DNA of 57,158 bases from an uncultured Succinatimonas sp. (GTDB lineage Bacteria > Pseudomonadota > Gammaproteobacteria > Enterobacterales > Succinivibrionaceae), in the NCBI GenBank assembly GCA_937880335.1, contig CALFLJ010000104.1, forward strand, positions 1 through 57,158, given 5' to 3'. The translations under genes and the position numbers were made by a program. Positions within the stretch are counted from its first letter, which is position 1; the number at the start of each line of letters is the position of its first letter. Under the pieces are notes generated by a model that saw only the letters and a list, made by a program, of their open reading frames with translations, did no database searches and had not been told where the DNA came from. This document shows, one piece after another, positions 29,485 to 41,281 of this stretch.

Positions 29485-31548
29485 CTAGGCAGAAATCCCA
29501 CTTTGCTGTAATAAAGCATCTACAGACGGCTCTCGTCCCCGAAAATCTTTAAAAGCTTTTAAAGGATCATAAGAACCGCCACAAGATAAAATAAGATCCA
29601 TAAAGTCATGTCCAACCTTAGGATTAAAAATTCCTTCTTCAAGGAAACGTCCAAAAGCATCCGCAGCTAAAACTTCTGCCCATTTATAACTATAATACCC
29701 AGCTGCATAGCCTCCTGCAAAAATATGAGAAAATCCATTTGCAAAACGATTATTAGGGCTTACAGGTACAACACAAACTTGCTTTCTCACCTCCTCTAAC
29801 TTCTCTAATATATGAGCCCCTTTACTAGGATCAAATTCAAGATGAAGTTTGAAATCAAATAAAGCAAATTCAAGCTGTCTGAGCATAGACATTGCAGAAT
29901 GGAAGTTTTTAGCAGCAATTAACGCATCTATTTTTTCTTTTGGTAAAGGATTTCCTGAGTTTACATGACCTGAAATAAATGCCAAGGACTCCTCTTGCCA
30001 AGCAAAGTTTTCATTGAATTGAGACGGAAGCTCAACAGCATCCCATGGAACACCATTAATCCCTGAGACATCCGCTATATCAACTTTCGTAAGTAATTGA
30101 TTTAAGCTATGACCAAACTCATGGAACATAGTTAAAACTTCATCATGTGTTAATTGAGATTGTTTGCCATCCACAGGGCGGGTAAAATTACAAATAAGAT
30201 ATGCAACTGGTAATTGTAAAGTTCCATCCGCTCTATAACGTCTAGTTAAACACTCGTCCATCCAAGCTCCACCTTGCTTACCAGGACGGGCATAAAGGTC
30301 CATAAAGAAAGTTCCTATACAACTGCCAAACTCATCCTCATAAATATCATAGCAACGGACAAGCTCATTCCAGACATCAACGCCTAAACGAGGACGGAAA
30401 CTTACACCATAAATGCGATGAGCACACTCAAACATGCCTTTTATTACTGTGTCAGCAGGAAAATAAGGTCTTAACTCCTCTGCATTATAGGAATATCTTT
30501 CTTGACGAAGTTTCTCTGACCAGTAACTCATATCCCAAGGTTCAAGTTTGTAATCAGCTCCCCTCTCTTTTGCAAACTCTTGTAAGGCTTTAACCTCACG
30601 CTCACCTTGTTCGTGAGATTTTAAAGCCAGATCCTCTAAAAATTTAACAACTTGCTCAGGTTCCTTGGCCATTTTAGTTGCTAATGAATAATGAGCATAA
30701 GATTTAAATCCTAATAAATTAGCAAGTGCGTGACGAAGCTGTAAAATTTCCTCCATAACTTTTGTATTATCGAATTTACCAGCATCTGGACCTATTTCAG
30801 AGGCTCTTGTTACATAAGCCTCATACATTTGCTTGCGTAAATCTCTATTATCTGCATAAGTTAAAAAAGGAATATAAGAAGGCATATCTAAAGTAAAGAT
30901 CCATCCATCATAACATTCAGAGTCTGCCTCACTTTTAGCTAACTTAATAGCCCCTTTAGGTAAACCTCTTAAATAATCCTGATTATCTATTTTTAGCTTA
31001 AAAGATCTTGTTGCATCTAAGACATTATTTGCAAATAATGATTGCAGCTGAGATAAGCGAGAACTTATGCGAGCATATTCTTCTTGATCTTTAGGAGATA
31101 AATCTACACCGCTTAAACGAAAGTCTCTTAATGAATTTTCAACAGCTTTACGTTGCGCCTTAGTTAAACGAGCAAAATCATCACTTTTCTCAAGTTTTAC
31201 CATTGCCTCAAATAAAGGTCGGTATTGACCTACCCAAGATGAAAACTCGGCAATCATAGGCAAACACTCGTCGTGAGCTTGTCTCAATTCAGGAGTGTTA
31301 ACAACTGAGTTTAAATGACTAGATACAGACCAGGCTCGAGATAAATGATCATCAGCTTCTTCAATTGGAGCCATAAGATTATCCCAAGTTGGATTATCTC
31401 CATATTTTTGGGTAACTTTAATAACTGTTTCTTTACACTCTGCTATACATTTTTCAACTGCAGGCTTAATATGCTCAGGCCTTACAAGAGAGAATGAAGG
31501 GAAACCTGAAAAATTTAAAAGAGGATTTGCTGTACTGTTTGAGGACAT
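29485..31548 (-). CDS. prlC: Oligopeptidase A (M3 family)
   Basis: NPLL N-terminus, GGAWMD, FHEFGH, DAVELPSQ, HIFAGGYAAGYYSY. Confidence 0.96.
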   Translation of the reverse strand: MSSNSTANPLLNFSGFPSFSLVRPEHIKPAVEKCIAECKETVIKVTQKYGDNPTWDNLMAPIEEADDHLSRAWSVSSHLNSVVNTPELRQAHDECLPMIAEFSSWVGQYRPLFEAMVKLEKSDDFARLTKAQRKAVENSLRDFRLSGVDLSPKDQEEYARISSRLSQLQSLFANNVLDATRSFKLKIDNQDYLRGLPKGAIKLAKSEADSECYDGWIFTLDMPSYIPFLTYADNRDLRKQMYEAYVTRASEIGPDAGKFDNTKVMEEILQLRHALANLLGFKSYAHYSLATKMAKEPEQVVKFLEDLALKSHEQGEREVKALQEFAKERGADYKLEPWDMSYWSEKLRQERYSYNAEELRPYFPADTVIKGMFECAHRIYGVSFRPRLGVDVWNELVRCYDIYEDEFGSCIGTFFMDLYARPGKQGGAWMDECLTRRYRADGTLQLPVAYLICNFTRPVDGKQSQLTHDEVLTMFHEFGHSLNQLLTKVDIADVSGINGVPWDAVELPSQFNENFAWQEESLAFISGHVNSGNPLPKEKIDALIAAKNFHSAMSMLRQLEFALFDFKLHLEFDPSKGAHILEKLEEVRKQVCVVPVSPNNRFANGFSHIFAGGYAAGYYSYKWAEVLAADAFGRFLEEGIFNPKVGHDFMDLILSCGGSYDPLKAFKDFRGREPSVDALLQQSGISA

Positions 31549-31718
31549 AATTTTTCCTTAAAGATTGTTTATACTCAACACATTAAAACTTTAAATTACT
31601 ATAACTTTTATAAAGCTTAAGTTTTAGCAAAGTTCACAGATATTTGCTCATGTGCTAAGATGTTATTGTACAAAAAAATAAATTTAAGCCATTCTTTATA
31701 ACAATTCCTCCTTATTAT

Positions 31719-33674
31719 ATGGGGAGAGTTTTCAAACTTTTCGATATGCCCGAACAAAATAATCCTCAATTTCGCTCAAGATTACGTGCGCTAAATGAAG
31801 TAATGACAAGCCTCGAACTTGATGCTGTACTTATAACACATGACGATGAATATCTTTCGTATGAACTTACCGACGACTGCCAGCGTATCCGCTATATTAG
31901 TGGTTTTACCGGAAGTGCAGGATGTGTAACTGTTGCAAGAGTTGTAAATCAAGAATTCTTAAAAAATGGATTGAAAATTTCATCAAATCAGAACAAATTT
32001 GAAATCAATCACGCCGCAGCAGTTTTTACAGACGGTCGCTATTTAGTACAAGTCAAAGAGCAAATTGATCTTGATATATTTGATGCTTTTGATTTAAGCA
32101 AAATAACGCCTGATTTATGGTTTGAAAAAATTCTTGAACCTCACGCACGCATTGGAGTTGATTTAAATTGCATAAGCTATCAAACCTACTTAAAACTCAA
32201 ACAATCTTTCGATGAGTTTGAATTTGAGCTAGTCCCTTTAAAACAAAATCTAATTGATATTATTTGGGAAAACAGGCCTGAAAAAGAACTTTCTAAGGCA
32301 ATGATTTTTCCTGACGAATATAATGGATGCCCAAGTCCGCAAAAGAGGCAAAATTTAGCACAAGAACTTCGTGATAGATTTTTAGATGCCACAGTAATAT
32401 GTGATCCAGAAAGTATCTGCTGGCTTCTTAACATTAGAGGTAATGACCGAAAATTTTTACCTGTAGTTAATTGCAAAATGGTAGCTTATGCAAACTCTAC
32501 ATTAGAATGGTATATAGATGAACAACACCTTGATGAAGAGCAAGAAGAAGAGCTAGAAAACCATTTTGGGCATGTAGATATTTTCCCTGAAAATCGCTTT
32601 GATGATGTTTTAGAACGGTTATGCAACTCATCTTGCTCTGTTTATGTAGATCCTGATACAGTAAGTGCACATGTACTATGTAAGCTTTATGAGGGAGGAG
32701 CTAAAGTTACAACTGGACTTGGTTTATGTTTAATGCCAAAAGCATGTAAAAACCAAGCTGAAATATCTGGTGAATATAAAGCCCACATAAAAGATGGTAT
32801 AGCTATGTGCCGTTTCTTATCCTGGCTTGATGATCTTACCCAGGTTGAAAAAATTTCAGATCCTGAAACATTCAAACGCACAGTTGAAGATACAGATGAA
32901 GGAATTCTTGCTGATAGAGCAGAGTCTTTTAGAAAAGTAGAACAAGGGTATGTTGAACCATCCTTTGCAACTATTTCTGCATTAGGTCCTAATGCTGCTA
33001 TGTGCCATTATAATCATGAAGAGGTAAAAACCCCTAAAACTTTAGGAGAGGATCCTATTTACCTAATTGACAGCGGGGCCCATTATCTTGATGGAACTAC
33101 AGATATAACTAGAACTGTATTAGTAGGACCAGGTCTTACAGATGAAATAAAGAAAATGTTTACCTTAGTCTTAAAATCACACATAAGCTTTGCCACTGCT
33201 ATTTTCCCATCAGGCACATCGGGAATGCAGTTAGATGCAATTGCAAGGCGTGAACTGTGGGATTATGGTCTTGATTACGCACACGGTACAGGACACGGTG
33301 TTGGACACCTTTTATCTGTACATGAGGGGCCTCAACAGGTGTCAATGAGACGCTCAAATGTTCCTTTAAAACCAGGAATGATCTTATCTAATGAGCCTGG
33401 ATTTTATAAAGAAAATGCTTTTGGGATTAGGTTAGAGAACCTTTTAGTTGTACAACAATGTACTCAACCTGGACTTACACATATGTTATGCTTCTCTCCC
33501 CTAACTTTAGTTCCTTTTGATAAACGCATTTTGATGAAAGAACTCCTCATAGAAAAAGAAGTTAACTGGTTAAACGCATACCATCAAAATGTTAGAAATG
33601 TAATTAAAAATGCTGCAACCACATTATCAGATACTGAAATAAATTGGCTAAATAATGCAACAGCTCCGCTTTAA
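31719..33674 (+). CDS. Xaa-Pro aminopeptidase (M24, three-domain type); start may be 31746
   Basis: SGFTGSAG, TDGRY, DSGAHYLDGTTDITR, HGTGHGVG, HEGP, EPG, GIRLEN. Confidence 0.92.
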   Translation: MGRVFKLFDMPEQNNPQFRSRLRALNEVMTSLELDAVLITHDDEYLSYELTDDCQRIRYISGFTGSAGCVTVARVVNQEFLKNGLKISSNQNKFEINHAAAVFTDGRYLVQVKEQIDLDIFDAFDLSKITPDLWFEKILEPHARIGVDLNCISYQTYLKLKQSFDEFEFELVPLKQNLIDIIWENRPEKELSKAMIFPDEYNGCPSPQKRQNLAQELRDRFLDATVICDPESICWLLNIRGNDRKFLPVVNCKMVAYANSTLEWYIDEQHLDEEQEEELENHFGHVDIFPENRFDDVLERLCNSSCSVYVDPDTVSAHVLCKLYEGGAKVTTGLGLCLMPKACKNQAEISGEYKAHIKDGIAMCRFLSWLDDLTQVEKISDPETFKRTVEDTDEGILADRAESFRKVEQGYVEPSFATISALGPNAAMCHYNHEEVKTPKTLGEDPIYLIDSGAHYLDGTTDITRTVLVGPGLTDEIKKMFTLVLKSHISFATAIFPSGTSGMQLDAIARRELWDYGLDYAHGTGHGVGHLLSVHEGPQQVSMRRSNVPLKPGMILSNEPGFYKENAFGIRLENLLVVQQCTQPGLTHMLCFSPLTLVPFDKRILMKELLIEKEVNWLNAYHQNVRNVIKNAATTLSDTEINWLNNATAPL

Positions 33675-35059
33675 TGAGGTTAACACTAATGTTGTTTTTT
33701 AACAAAGCACTGCCCACGGCTTTTTACTGCCAAACTCGTTTGCAACAATTGCCATCTATTCCTGTCAAGGCTGATGCTTACTCTATTTTAGAATCTCCAA
33801 AGAGATGTCATCATAGAATTCTAGAACTTATAAAAACAGCTAAAACAAGAATTCTTTTAGCTGCTTTATATTTACAAGATGATGAGGCAGGTCGTGAGGT
33901 ATTAGAAGCTCTCTACCAAGCAAAAAAAAATAATCCTAAATTATACATAAGAGTCTATGTAGATTTTCACCGTGCACAAAGAGGCCTTATAGGTAAAGGA
34001 CCTTCACTTGGAAATAGTGAACTTTATTGTAAAATGGCCAAAGATTTTGAAACACCTCCAGCAATTTATGGGGTTCCTGTTAAAAAAAGAGAAATTTTTG
34101 GAGTAATGCACCTTAAGGGGTTTGTATTTGATGATATTGTACTTTATTCAGGAGCAAGTATAAATAATGTATACATGAATTATGGGGAACGTTACCGTTT
34201 AGACCGTTATCATGAAATACATTCCCCTTCATTGGCAGATACAATGTGTGCTTATGTTACAGAGGCTTTTCATCCAAATTTTGCTGTACAGGATTTCTCA
34301 CAAGGTCCAGTAAAATCTGCAAAAGAAATAAGAGAGGAAATAAAACAATTAAGACGACACCTTACACAAGTTCAATACAGTTTTTCAGGAGGTAGAATTC
34401 ACTCTAATGAGATAGGAATCACTCCTGTTGTAGGACTTGGTAAACGTCAAAATTTTTTAAACCGTGACATACTATGGATGATTGGTGCAGCTCACGAATC
34501 TTTATTTATTTGCACTCCTTACTTTAATCCTCCAAAAATTCTAAAAAATGCTCTGGATATGGCTTTGCAACGATCAATTAAATTAACTTTGGTGGTAGGA
34601 GATAAAACAGCAAATGATTTCTATATCCGATCTGGGGAAAACTTTTCACCAGTTGGAGCTGTACCTTATATCTATGAAAGAAATCTCTATGATTTTGTTC
34701 AAAACAACAAAAAATATATAGATAAGGGGTTATTAGATATAAGACTATGGCAAGATGGGGAGAATACGTATCATGTCAAAGGTCTTTATATTGATCAGAA
34801 TATGGCTTTAATGACAGGAAATAATTTAAATCCCAGAGCATGGTCTTTAGACTTGGAAAACGGTCTTATCATTCACGATCCAAATCATCTTTTACAAGAA
34901 AAATTTATGCATGAGCAACAGTATCTATTACGTCATACACGAAAAATTTCTTCAATATCAGATCTTGAGGATTTTGAAAACTACCCAGAGGAAGTAAAAA
35001 AATTATTAAAGAAAGTTAACCGTCTTAAAGCTTCTATTTTTATAAAACAATTACTTTAA
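33674..35059 (+). CDS. pssA: Phosphatidylserine synthase (PLD type)
   Basis: Two HKD motifs (HLKGFVFD, HVKGLYID), VDFHRAQRG, NLNPRAW.LDLEN. Confidence 0.94.
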   Translation: MRLTLMLFFNKALPTAFYCQTRLQQLPSIPVKADAYSILESPKRCHHRILELIKTAKTRILLAALYLQDDEAGREVLEALYQAKKNNPKLYIRVYVDFHRAQRGLIGKGPSLGNSELYCKMAKDFETPPAIYGVPVKKREIFGVMHLKGFVFDDIVLYSGASINNVYMNYGERYRLDRYHEIHSPSLADTMCAYVTEAFHPNFAVQDFSQGPVKSAKEIREEIKQLRRHLTQVQYSFSGGRIHSNEIGITPVVGLGKRQNFLNRDILWMIGAAHESLFICTPYFNPPKILKNALDMALQRSIKLTLVVGDKTANDFYIRSGENFSPVGAVPYIYERNLYDFVQNNKKYIDKGLLDIRLWQDGENTYHVKGLYIDQNMALMTGNNLNPRAWSLDLENGLIIHDPNHLLQEKFMHEQQYLLRHTRKISSISDLEDFENYPEEVKKLLKKVNRLKASIFIKQLL

Positions 35060-35065
35060 AAAAGG

Positions 35066-37165
35066 ATGTCAGCCGTGGAAACTAACGATACAAAAAATTT
35101 TGGTGATGAATTTTACCAATCTACGGCTGTTTCATCACTTAGAGGCATAGGTAAACGTTACTCTGAGGTTCTAAATAACCAAGGGTACAAAAGTCTATTT
35201 GATCTTTGTTTCAATCTTCCTTATCGTTATCTAGATAGAACACATATAACAAACATATGTGATGTTAATATAGATGAGAATTTCTATTTAATAAAAGGTA
35301 ACATAAAATCAGGTAGCCTTATTCGGGGACGCTTTTATAAAATTACCGTTTGTGATGAAACAGGTAATATAGATGCGATTTTCTTTAATGCGCACCCCTA
35401 CTTTTATCAAAGCTTAAGCCTAGGACGAGAACTTCTTTTATATGGGTGTGTAAAAAAAGACTTTACTGGACGAATTTGTCTTCAACATCCGCAAATAACT
35501 TTTGTAAAAAAAGGTGAGGTAGCTGAGGCTGATAAAACATTAACTCCTGTTTATCACTTATCATCAAATCTAGCTCAGCAGAATATCCGCAAAATTATCC
35601 AAAAACTTACTGAAAAATTAGCGGTTTTACCTTTAGAAGAACTTCTTATTGACGAATGTAATCCATATAAAATAAGTCTAAATCAGGCTATTTTATTTCT
35701 TCATGCTCCAGAACCACCAAAGGATGGAAAAGCATTCAATATTACAGCATCAAAACAATTTGCACGCATATGCTTTGAGGAATTAGTAGCTTACCATCTA
35801 AATTTACTAAAAATAAAAGAATTAAACTTTAACCATATTGCTACTGCTATGGTTATTGATAATAATTTGCATAATAGTCTTTTAAAAAGCCTTCCATTTG
35901 AACCTACAAAAGGACAAAAAGAGACTTTTGACGCAGTATGCCATGATCTTCGCTCTACAATTCCTATGCTTAGGCTTTTACAAGGAGATGTTGGATCTGG
36001 AAAAACACTTGTTGCCATAATGGCTTGTCTTCAGGTTTGCAGAAATGGAAAACAAAGCGTACTTCTTGCTCCTACAGAGCTTCTTGCGATACAACACTAT
36101 AAGACTTTTTTAAGCTTACTAAAAAATTTTGCTGTTAACATAGCTTTACTTCATTCCTCTCAAATTAAATCTGAAAGAGAACGTAATCTTAAAGCAATAG
36201 CGTCAGGACAAGCAAAGATTATTGTAGGCACCCACAGTGTTTTCCAAAATGATGTTATTTATCATGATCTTGCATTAGCAATTATTGATGAACAACACCG
36301 GTTTGGAATGGAGCAACGTGCAGCTTTATTAAGAAAAGCTCCGCCAGGACTTACTCTACATCAATTAGTTATGACGGCAACCCCAATCCCGCGCACATTA
36401 CAACTTGCTTTGTACTCAGATCTGTCCGTAAGCACAATTAAAGATAAACCTAAAGGTCGCCTTAGCGTTATCACAAGATTAGTACAAGATAAAAGACGAC
36501 ACGAAATTATGGAGCATTTGAGAAATATTTGTTCAAAAGGCCAGCAAGCTTATTGGGTATGTCCACTAATTGAAGAAAGTAATGATGAAAGTTGTGCTTC
36601 CGCAATAAAAATATTCAGTGAATTAAAAAAAGTAGTGCCTGATTTGAAAACAGAAATTCTTCATGGTCAATTATCTAATAGTCAAAAACAAGAAATTATG
36701 GATAATTTTGTAAATGAAAAAACTCAGATTTTAGTAGCTACTACAATAGTAGAAGTAGGAGTTGATGTGCCTAATGCTACCGTTATGGTTATTGATGGTG
36801 CCGAACGTTTAGGCCTTGCTCAACTTCATCAACTAAGAGGCCGTGTTGGACGTGGGTCTAAGCAAGGATATTGCATCTTAGTATACCAATCTTCGCAAAA
36901 TGAGAGTGACCGTAACGATGTTTTACAAAGGCTTAATATAATGAAATTAACCGATGATGGTTTTAAAATTGCTGAAGAGGATCTAAAAATGCGCGGTCCT
37001 GGAGAAGTTTTAGGATCTAAGCAATCAGGATTTGATTTTATGCGAGTTGCAGATTTAGCCAGAGACCATCACCTTCTAAAAGAAACTCATAAAACTGCTA
37101 TTTATATAAAAGAAAAACATCCTATTCTTGCACAAAAGCTCTTAAAAAGATGGTTTAAGTACTAA
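35066..37165 (+). CDS. recG: ATP-dependent DNA helicase RecG
   Basis: QGDVGSGKT, DEQHRFG, MTATPIPRT, QLRGRVGR, TRG motif RGPGE. Confidence 0.97.
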   Translation: MSAVETNDTKNFGDEFYQSTAVSSLRGIGKRYSEVLNNQGYKSLFDLCFNLPYRYLDRTHITNICDVNIDENFYLIKGNIKSGSLIRGRFYKITVCDETGNIDAIFFNAHPYFYQSLSLGRELLLYGCVKKDFTGRICLQHPQITFVKKGEVAEADKTLTPVYHLSSNLAQQNIRKIIQKLTEKLAVLPLEELLIDECNPYKISLNQAILFLHAPEPPKDGKAFNITASKQFARICFEELVAYHLNLLKIKELNFNHIATAMVIDNNLHNSLLKSLPFEPTKGQKETFDAVCHDLRSTIPMLRLLQGDVGSGKTLVAIMACLQVCRNGKQSVLLAPTELLAIQHYKTFLSLLKNFAVNIALLHSSQIKSERERNLKAIASGQAKIIVGTHSVFQNDVIYHDLALAIIDEQHRFGMEQRAALLRKAPPGLTLHQLVMTATPIPRTLQLALYSDLSVSTIKDKPKGRLSVITRLVQDKRRHEIMEHLRNICSKGQQAYWVCPLIEESNDESCASAIKIFSELKKVVPDLKTEILHGQLSNSQKQEIMDNFVNEKTQILVATTIVEVGVDVPNATVMVIDGAERLGLAQLHQLRGRVGRGSKQGYCILVYQSSQNESDRNDVLQRLNIMKLTDDGFKIAEEDLKMRGPGEVLGSKQSGFDFMRVADLARDHHLLKETHKTAIYIKEKHPILAQKLLKRWFKY

Positions 37166-37233
37166 AAAAGATCTTAGAAAAATACATATAATCTTTCAGA
37201 TTATAGGCCATAATACTTTTGGAAAACTTTAAA

Positions 37234-39234
37234 ATGGCACTTATCCGAAACCTAAAACAAAAACCTAAGAATAATTTTAAAAGATTGGCTATAAAAATAT
37301 GTTTGTCTTTTATGATTCTACTTACTATTGCCATAGGTGGAACAATCTTTTATTTCAATGGGAATAATATAAAAGAACCTCTTTTGAAAATTTTAAACGA
37401 GCGCTCGGAAACTAGAATTAAATTTGCAAATGTTGAATTTTCCCCTCTTTATCCTGATACGGTAAAAATACACGATCTGCAAGTTGGTGATACAAAGATA
37501 AAAGAATTGTACATTGAATATGATGTTAAAGAAGTTCTAAGAAATAATAGTTTAATAATAAAAGATCTTTATGCTCGAGACATAAAAAGCGAGAATAAAG
37601 ATTTTGAAAAAATTCTTAAAAATCAGCTTGGTTTTAAAAACATTCACATTAAATCTTTAAATTTAGTTGATTTTCAAATGCAAGGAGATCATTTTTTTAT
37701 CCCTAAGGCAAATTTAGAACTTAAAGAGTTAATAAGTGAGCAAGGAATACTTAATTATAAGGATGCAAAGCTTTATGCTAATGAAGGGATTATTTTTGAT
37801 GAATCTTTTAAAAACGCTAATTTTGAATTTTGCACATCAAAAGATAAGATAAAATTTACTTATTTTTCATTAAAAGTATTAGGAGGAAACCTTAACGGGC
37901 AAGGATATTTTGACAAAAAGGAAGATTGTCTTGACTTAGATGTACTAAATGCATCTAACATCATATTAAAAGATGAAAAACCTTTAGCGGTAACAATAAA
38001 AGCAAAAGAAGCTAATCTTGAAAATATATCAGTTGAACTTAAAAATAATAATTTTTATTTAGGTGGACTTAGAGGAAAAGCTTATAATCTAAAAATTGAC
38101 AACCATAATTATATATTTGATTTTGACGGATTTTTAGATGAAATTTCACAAACCAATTATCAAATTACTTTAGATAGTTCTAAAGTAAAGGCAATTCTCA
38201 ACAATGAAACTCTAAGCTTTAATAGTAAAGGTATGTTTTCTGATGGTAAATACGAAATTGACCTTGAATTTGATAGGTTAAATCAAAATTTAAATGTTAA
38301 TACTCTCAACCTAACTAATGTAAAAATAGAACCAACTTCTTTATTGATTTCACAACTTGAGCATGACTTGCAAAAGTTTAGTACAAATTTTAGTAATATA
38401 AATCTAAATAATTTAAGCTTTATTTCACATATCAATTCCCTTCCTTTATCTATAAAAAATTTTGATGCAAATTTAAATGATCTTTCATTTTCCCCAAAAC
38501 AGTTTAACAAGCCTCTAATGCTGCAACTAAAGGCCCAAAAGGCGTTATTTGCTGATCTATATTTTGATAACCTTACATTAATTGGAAATATCTCAGACGA
38601 CCTTTTAAACATTACGGTCTCTGATTTAAGCTTTAAAAAGTCGAGCTTAAATTTCACCATCTCTTACGCTAAAAAAAATCAATTTATATACTTATTAGCT
38701 AATGCTCGTAATTTTGATTTAACAGAAATAAATTGTTCCCTTATTCCCCATCTTATGGCAGGAAAAATAGATCTTTATATTGATTTAAATGGCAAATTAA
38801 ATGAATTTGGTGATCTTTCTAAGGCTAATGGGAAAATTGAAATCACTTCTGATAATATTTTAATTTCTAGATTAGGTCTTGATCTCATAAATGGAGGAAA
38901 AAAAGAAAAACATATTGTAAGCTTAGATAAACTACTCTTAGCTCTATCAGATGCTGATGTAGGCATTTCAAAACCTTTTTTTGAAATAAAATTTAAAGAT
39001 AATTTAGTAAAAGCGAACCTCAAAGGCGAGACAGCCTCTTTAAAATTTCATAGCAGTGTTACAGCCCTTTTAGATAAGAAAACCTTAAATGGGATTATGC
39101 ATCTTGTAAGCCTAGCTCAAGACAGTACTACAGTTGTAAAGGTTAAAGGATCGTTTAAAAATCCTATTTTTGAAATTGAAGCTATTAGCAGGGGAGAAGA
39201 TCGCCTAGGATTGACTTTTTTATCTAATGATTAA
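37234..39234 (+). CDS. AsmA-family (YicH-like) envelope protein
   Basis: Single N-terminal TM anchor, long beta-strand-like periodicity, C-terminal VKVKGSFKNP; lies after recG. Confidence 0.65.
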   Translation: MALIRNLKQKPKNNFKRLAIKICLSFMILLTIAIGGTIFYFNGNNIKEPLLKILNERSETRIKFANVEFSPLYPDTVKIHDLQVGDTKIKELYIEYDVKEVLRNNSLIIKDLYARDIKSENKDFEKILKNQLGFKNIHIKSLNLVDFQMQGDHFFIPKANLELKELISEQGILNYKDAKLYANEGIIFDESFKNANFEFCTSKDKIKFTYFSLKVLGGNLNGQGYFDKKEDCLDLDVLNASNIILKDEKPLAVTIKAKEANLENISVELKNNNFYLGGLRGKAYNLKIDNHNYIFDFDGFLDEISQTNYQITLDSSKVKAILNNETLSFNSKGMFSDGKYEIDLEFDRLNQNLNVNTLNLTNVKIEPTSLLISQLEHDLQKFSTNFSNINLNNLSFISHINSLPLSIKNFDANLNDLSFSPKQFNKPLMLQLKAQKALFADLYFDNLTLIGNISDDLLNITVSDLSFKKSSLNFTISYAKKNQFIYLLANARNFDLTEINCSLIPHLMAGKIDLYIDLNGKLNEFGDLSKANGKIEITSDNILISRLGLDLINGGKKEKHIVSLDKLLLALSDADVGISKPFFEIKFKDNLVKANLKGETASLKFHSSVTALLDKKTLNGIMHLVSLAQDSTTVVKVKGSFKNPIFEIEAISRGEDRLGLTFLSND

Positions 39235-39476
39235 CTAGTCCCCTTTAAATGAGTAGCCTCATATAAATGCTGTAGCTTTAAGAATAAAAACATAAAATAT
39301 TCTACAATTCTTAAATTTTTACGTGATAATAAGATCTATATTTTATTATCAACCCCATTTATTTGACGATATTCCTACTCCTAAAGTCAGATCGTATTTA
39401 AATCAAAAATACATAATAATGAAATCTACCTTACAAACAAATACGAACCAAATGAGATTTTTTGGTAAGGTTTTAT

Positions 39477-40406
39477 TTAATTTCTCTGAGAAATTTTCAC
39501 TTTAAGTTTTGTAAATTTTCTCTTTGGAGTTAAAGAATCAGCCCCCAATGTTGAGCCAGTAAGACTGGCTAACATAACCATAAAACTTGGAACATTTTCA
39601 CTTATTCCAGAACGAACTACTCCTAAAGTAGCAGTAAATTCTGCTCCTAAAAGAACAATCCACCAATTTATATAAATCCAAATCATTAAGACAGGTAGGG
39701 CAGCTAAGGCTCCATACAAAGCCTCGTAATTTGAAAAATTTAATACAAAAGTACTGAATATCTTCTTGGATATTTCAAAGGCTACCGTTACTAAAACCGC
39801 ACCAATAAAAGCATCTTGAAATTTTACAGTTACGGAAGGCACAATCATAAATAGAGCTGTAATCAAAGCGATCTCAATTATAATTGGGAAAATAAAGTAA
39901 GCTATTAACAAAGGAATACTTAACGCGTCAGCTCCTGATAATAGGGCGTAAGAAAGTACTTTTGAAAAAATCCAAATAATAATACTCAAAGCGATTGGTC
40001 CTAAAGTTAACAGCGTCCAATAGATTGCCATCATACTTCCTAATTTACGTTTGCCGCCCCTCCATATACGATTTAAGGAGTGATCTATAGTTCTTACAAG
40101 AAGGATGGCAACTATGAACAGGAAAATAGTACTAGTTATGGTGAGCTTTCCTGCATGTTCAACTAAATTTCCAACATATGAATTTACAGCATCAGAAAAT
40201 ACAGGCATAAAATTTGAGGCTGCGAAATTTTTCAGTTCCTCACGAGCCTCGGAAAATGAAGGAACAACAGCAAAAACCGACAAAACTACTGTTAAAGCAG
40301 GAATTAAAGCTAATATTGAGGTAAAAGCTAAAGAACTTGCCTCACGACCGATTCCATCTCTACGAACACGACGCAAAAAATAATAAAATAATTCTCTCAC
40401 AAGCAA
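39477..40406 (-). CDS. yihY: YihY/BrkB family inner membrane protein
   Basis: ASSLAFTSILALIP, LNRIW, YWTLLTLGP, YGALAALP..MIWIY..W.IVLLGAE. Confidence 0.9.
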   Translation of the reverse strand: MLVRELFYYFLRRVRRDGIGREASSLAFTSILALIPALTVVLSVFAVVPSFSEAREELKNFAASNFMPVFSDAVNSYVGNLVEHAGKLTITSTIFLFIVAILLVRTIDHSLNRIWRGGKRKLGSMMAIYWTLLTLGPIALSIIIWIFSKVLSYALLSGADALSIPLLIAYFIFPIIIEIALITALFMIVPSVTVKFQDAFIGAVLVTVAFEISKKIFSTFVLNFSNYEALYGALAALPVLMIWIYINWWIVLLGAEFTATLGVVRSGISENVPSFMVMLASLTGSTLGADSLTPKRKFTKLKVKISQRN

Positions 40407-40532
40407 TCCCGTTTTTAGTTTAAGCCTTGATATTTTGCTAAGATTATATCTTTATAACATATTATTGTTACACGCTCTATTTTACAAAGAAAGGCTAAAA
40501 TTTTTTCTTTTTATGCAAAATTTTTAATATAT

Positions 40533-41057
40533 ATGATAAGACTAGCAACTAAATTAGATTTAGCTTCAATCGAAGATATTTATAGAAAAATTCATTTAAA
40601 TGAAATTGCAAAAGGTCCTATATGTAATTGGAAAGAAGGTCTTTATCCAACAAAAAAAACAGCAGAGGATAATATTTTAAATCTATATGTTTTGCAGGAA
40701 GATAACAGTATTCTTGGGGCTATGATACTCAACCATAGTCAAAGCCCTGAATATAAGGACCTAATGTGGAAATACCCGGCTGAAGACGCAAAAGTTTTAG
40801 TTATACACACTTTATGTACAAATCCTCAATCTCATGGATATGGTCATGGACAAAAATTACTAGATTTTGCAATAAAAGAAGCTCAACAAACAGGAATGTC
40901 TTGCATAAGACTTGATACTTGGGAACATAATCTACCGGCTCAAAAACTTTACATTAAAAACAGATTTGAATTTGTAGGCAAACATCATGTCTGTCCTTAT
41001 GGTGACGAAATACAAATTTTTTACTACTATGAGTTAAATATTAATGCCCTAAAATGA
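40533..41057 (+). CDS. GNAT-family N-acetyltransferase
   Basis: MIRLAT, HGYGHGQKLL motif A, RLDT..NLPA.KLY. Confidence 0.88.
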   Translation: MIRLATKLDLASIEDIYRKIHLNEIAKGPICNWKEGLYPTKKTAEDNILNLYVLQEDNSILGAMILNHSQSPEYKDLMWKYPAEDAKVLVIHTLCTNPQSHGYGHGQKLLDFAIKEAQQTGMSCIRLDTWEHNLPAQKLYIKNRFEFVGKHHVCPYGDEIQIFYYYELNINALK

Positions 41058-41281
41058 TACTTTATTTCGTTTTATAAAGATTATATTTAATCTTCTTGCA
41101 TAAAAAACAAAACCTTATGCTAAAACTTGTTTCCCATAAGCATAGTTAATATAAAAAAAATGTAACGAAGCTCAAAAATACGGTAGAATAACGCCACTAA
41201 TTTGTCTAAAAAGAAAATTTGTCTTAAAGAAATTCAAATTCAAGCTTGTTATCCAAGCTAACAATCACACAGGACTAAAAC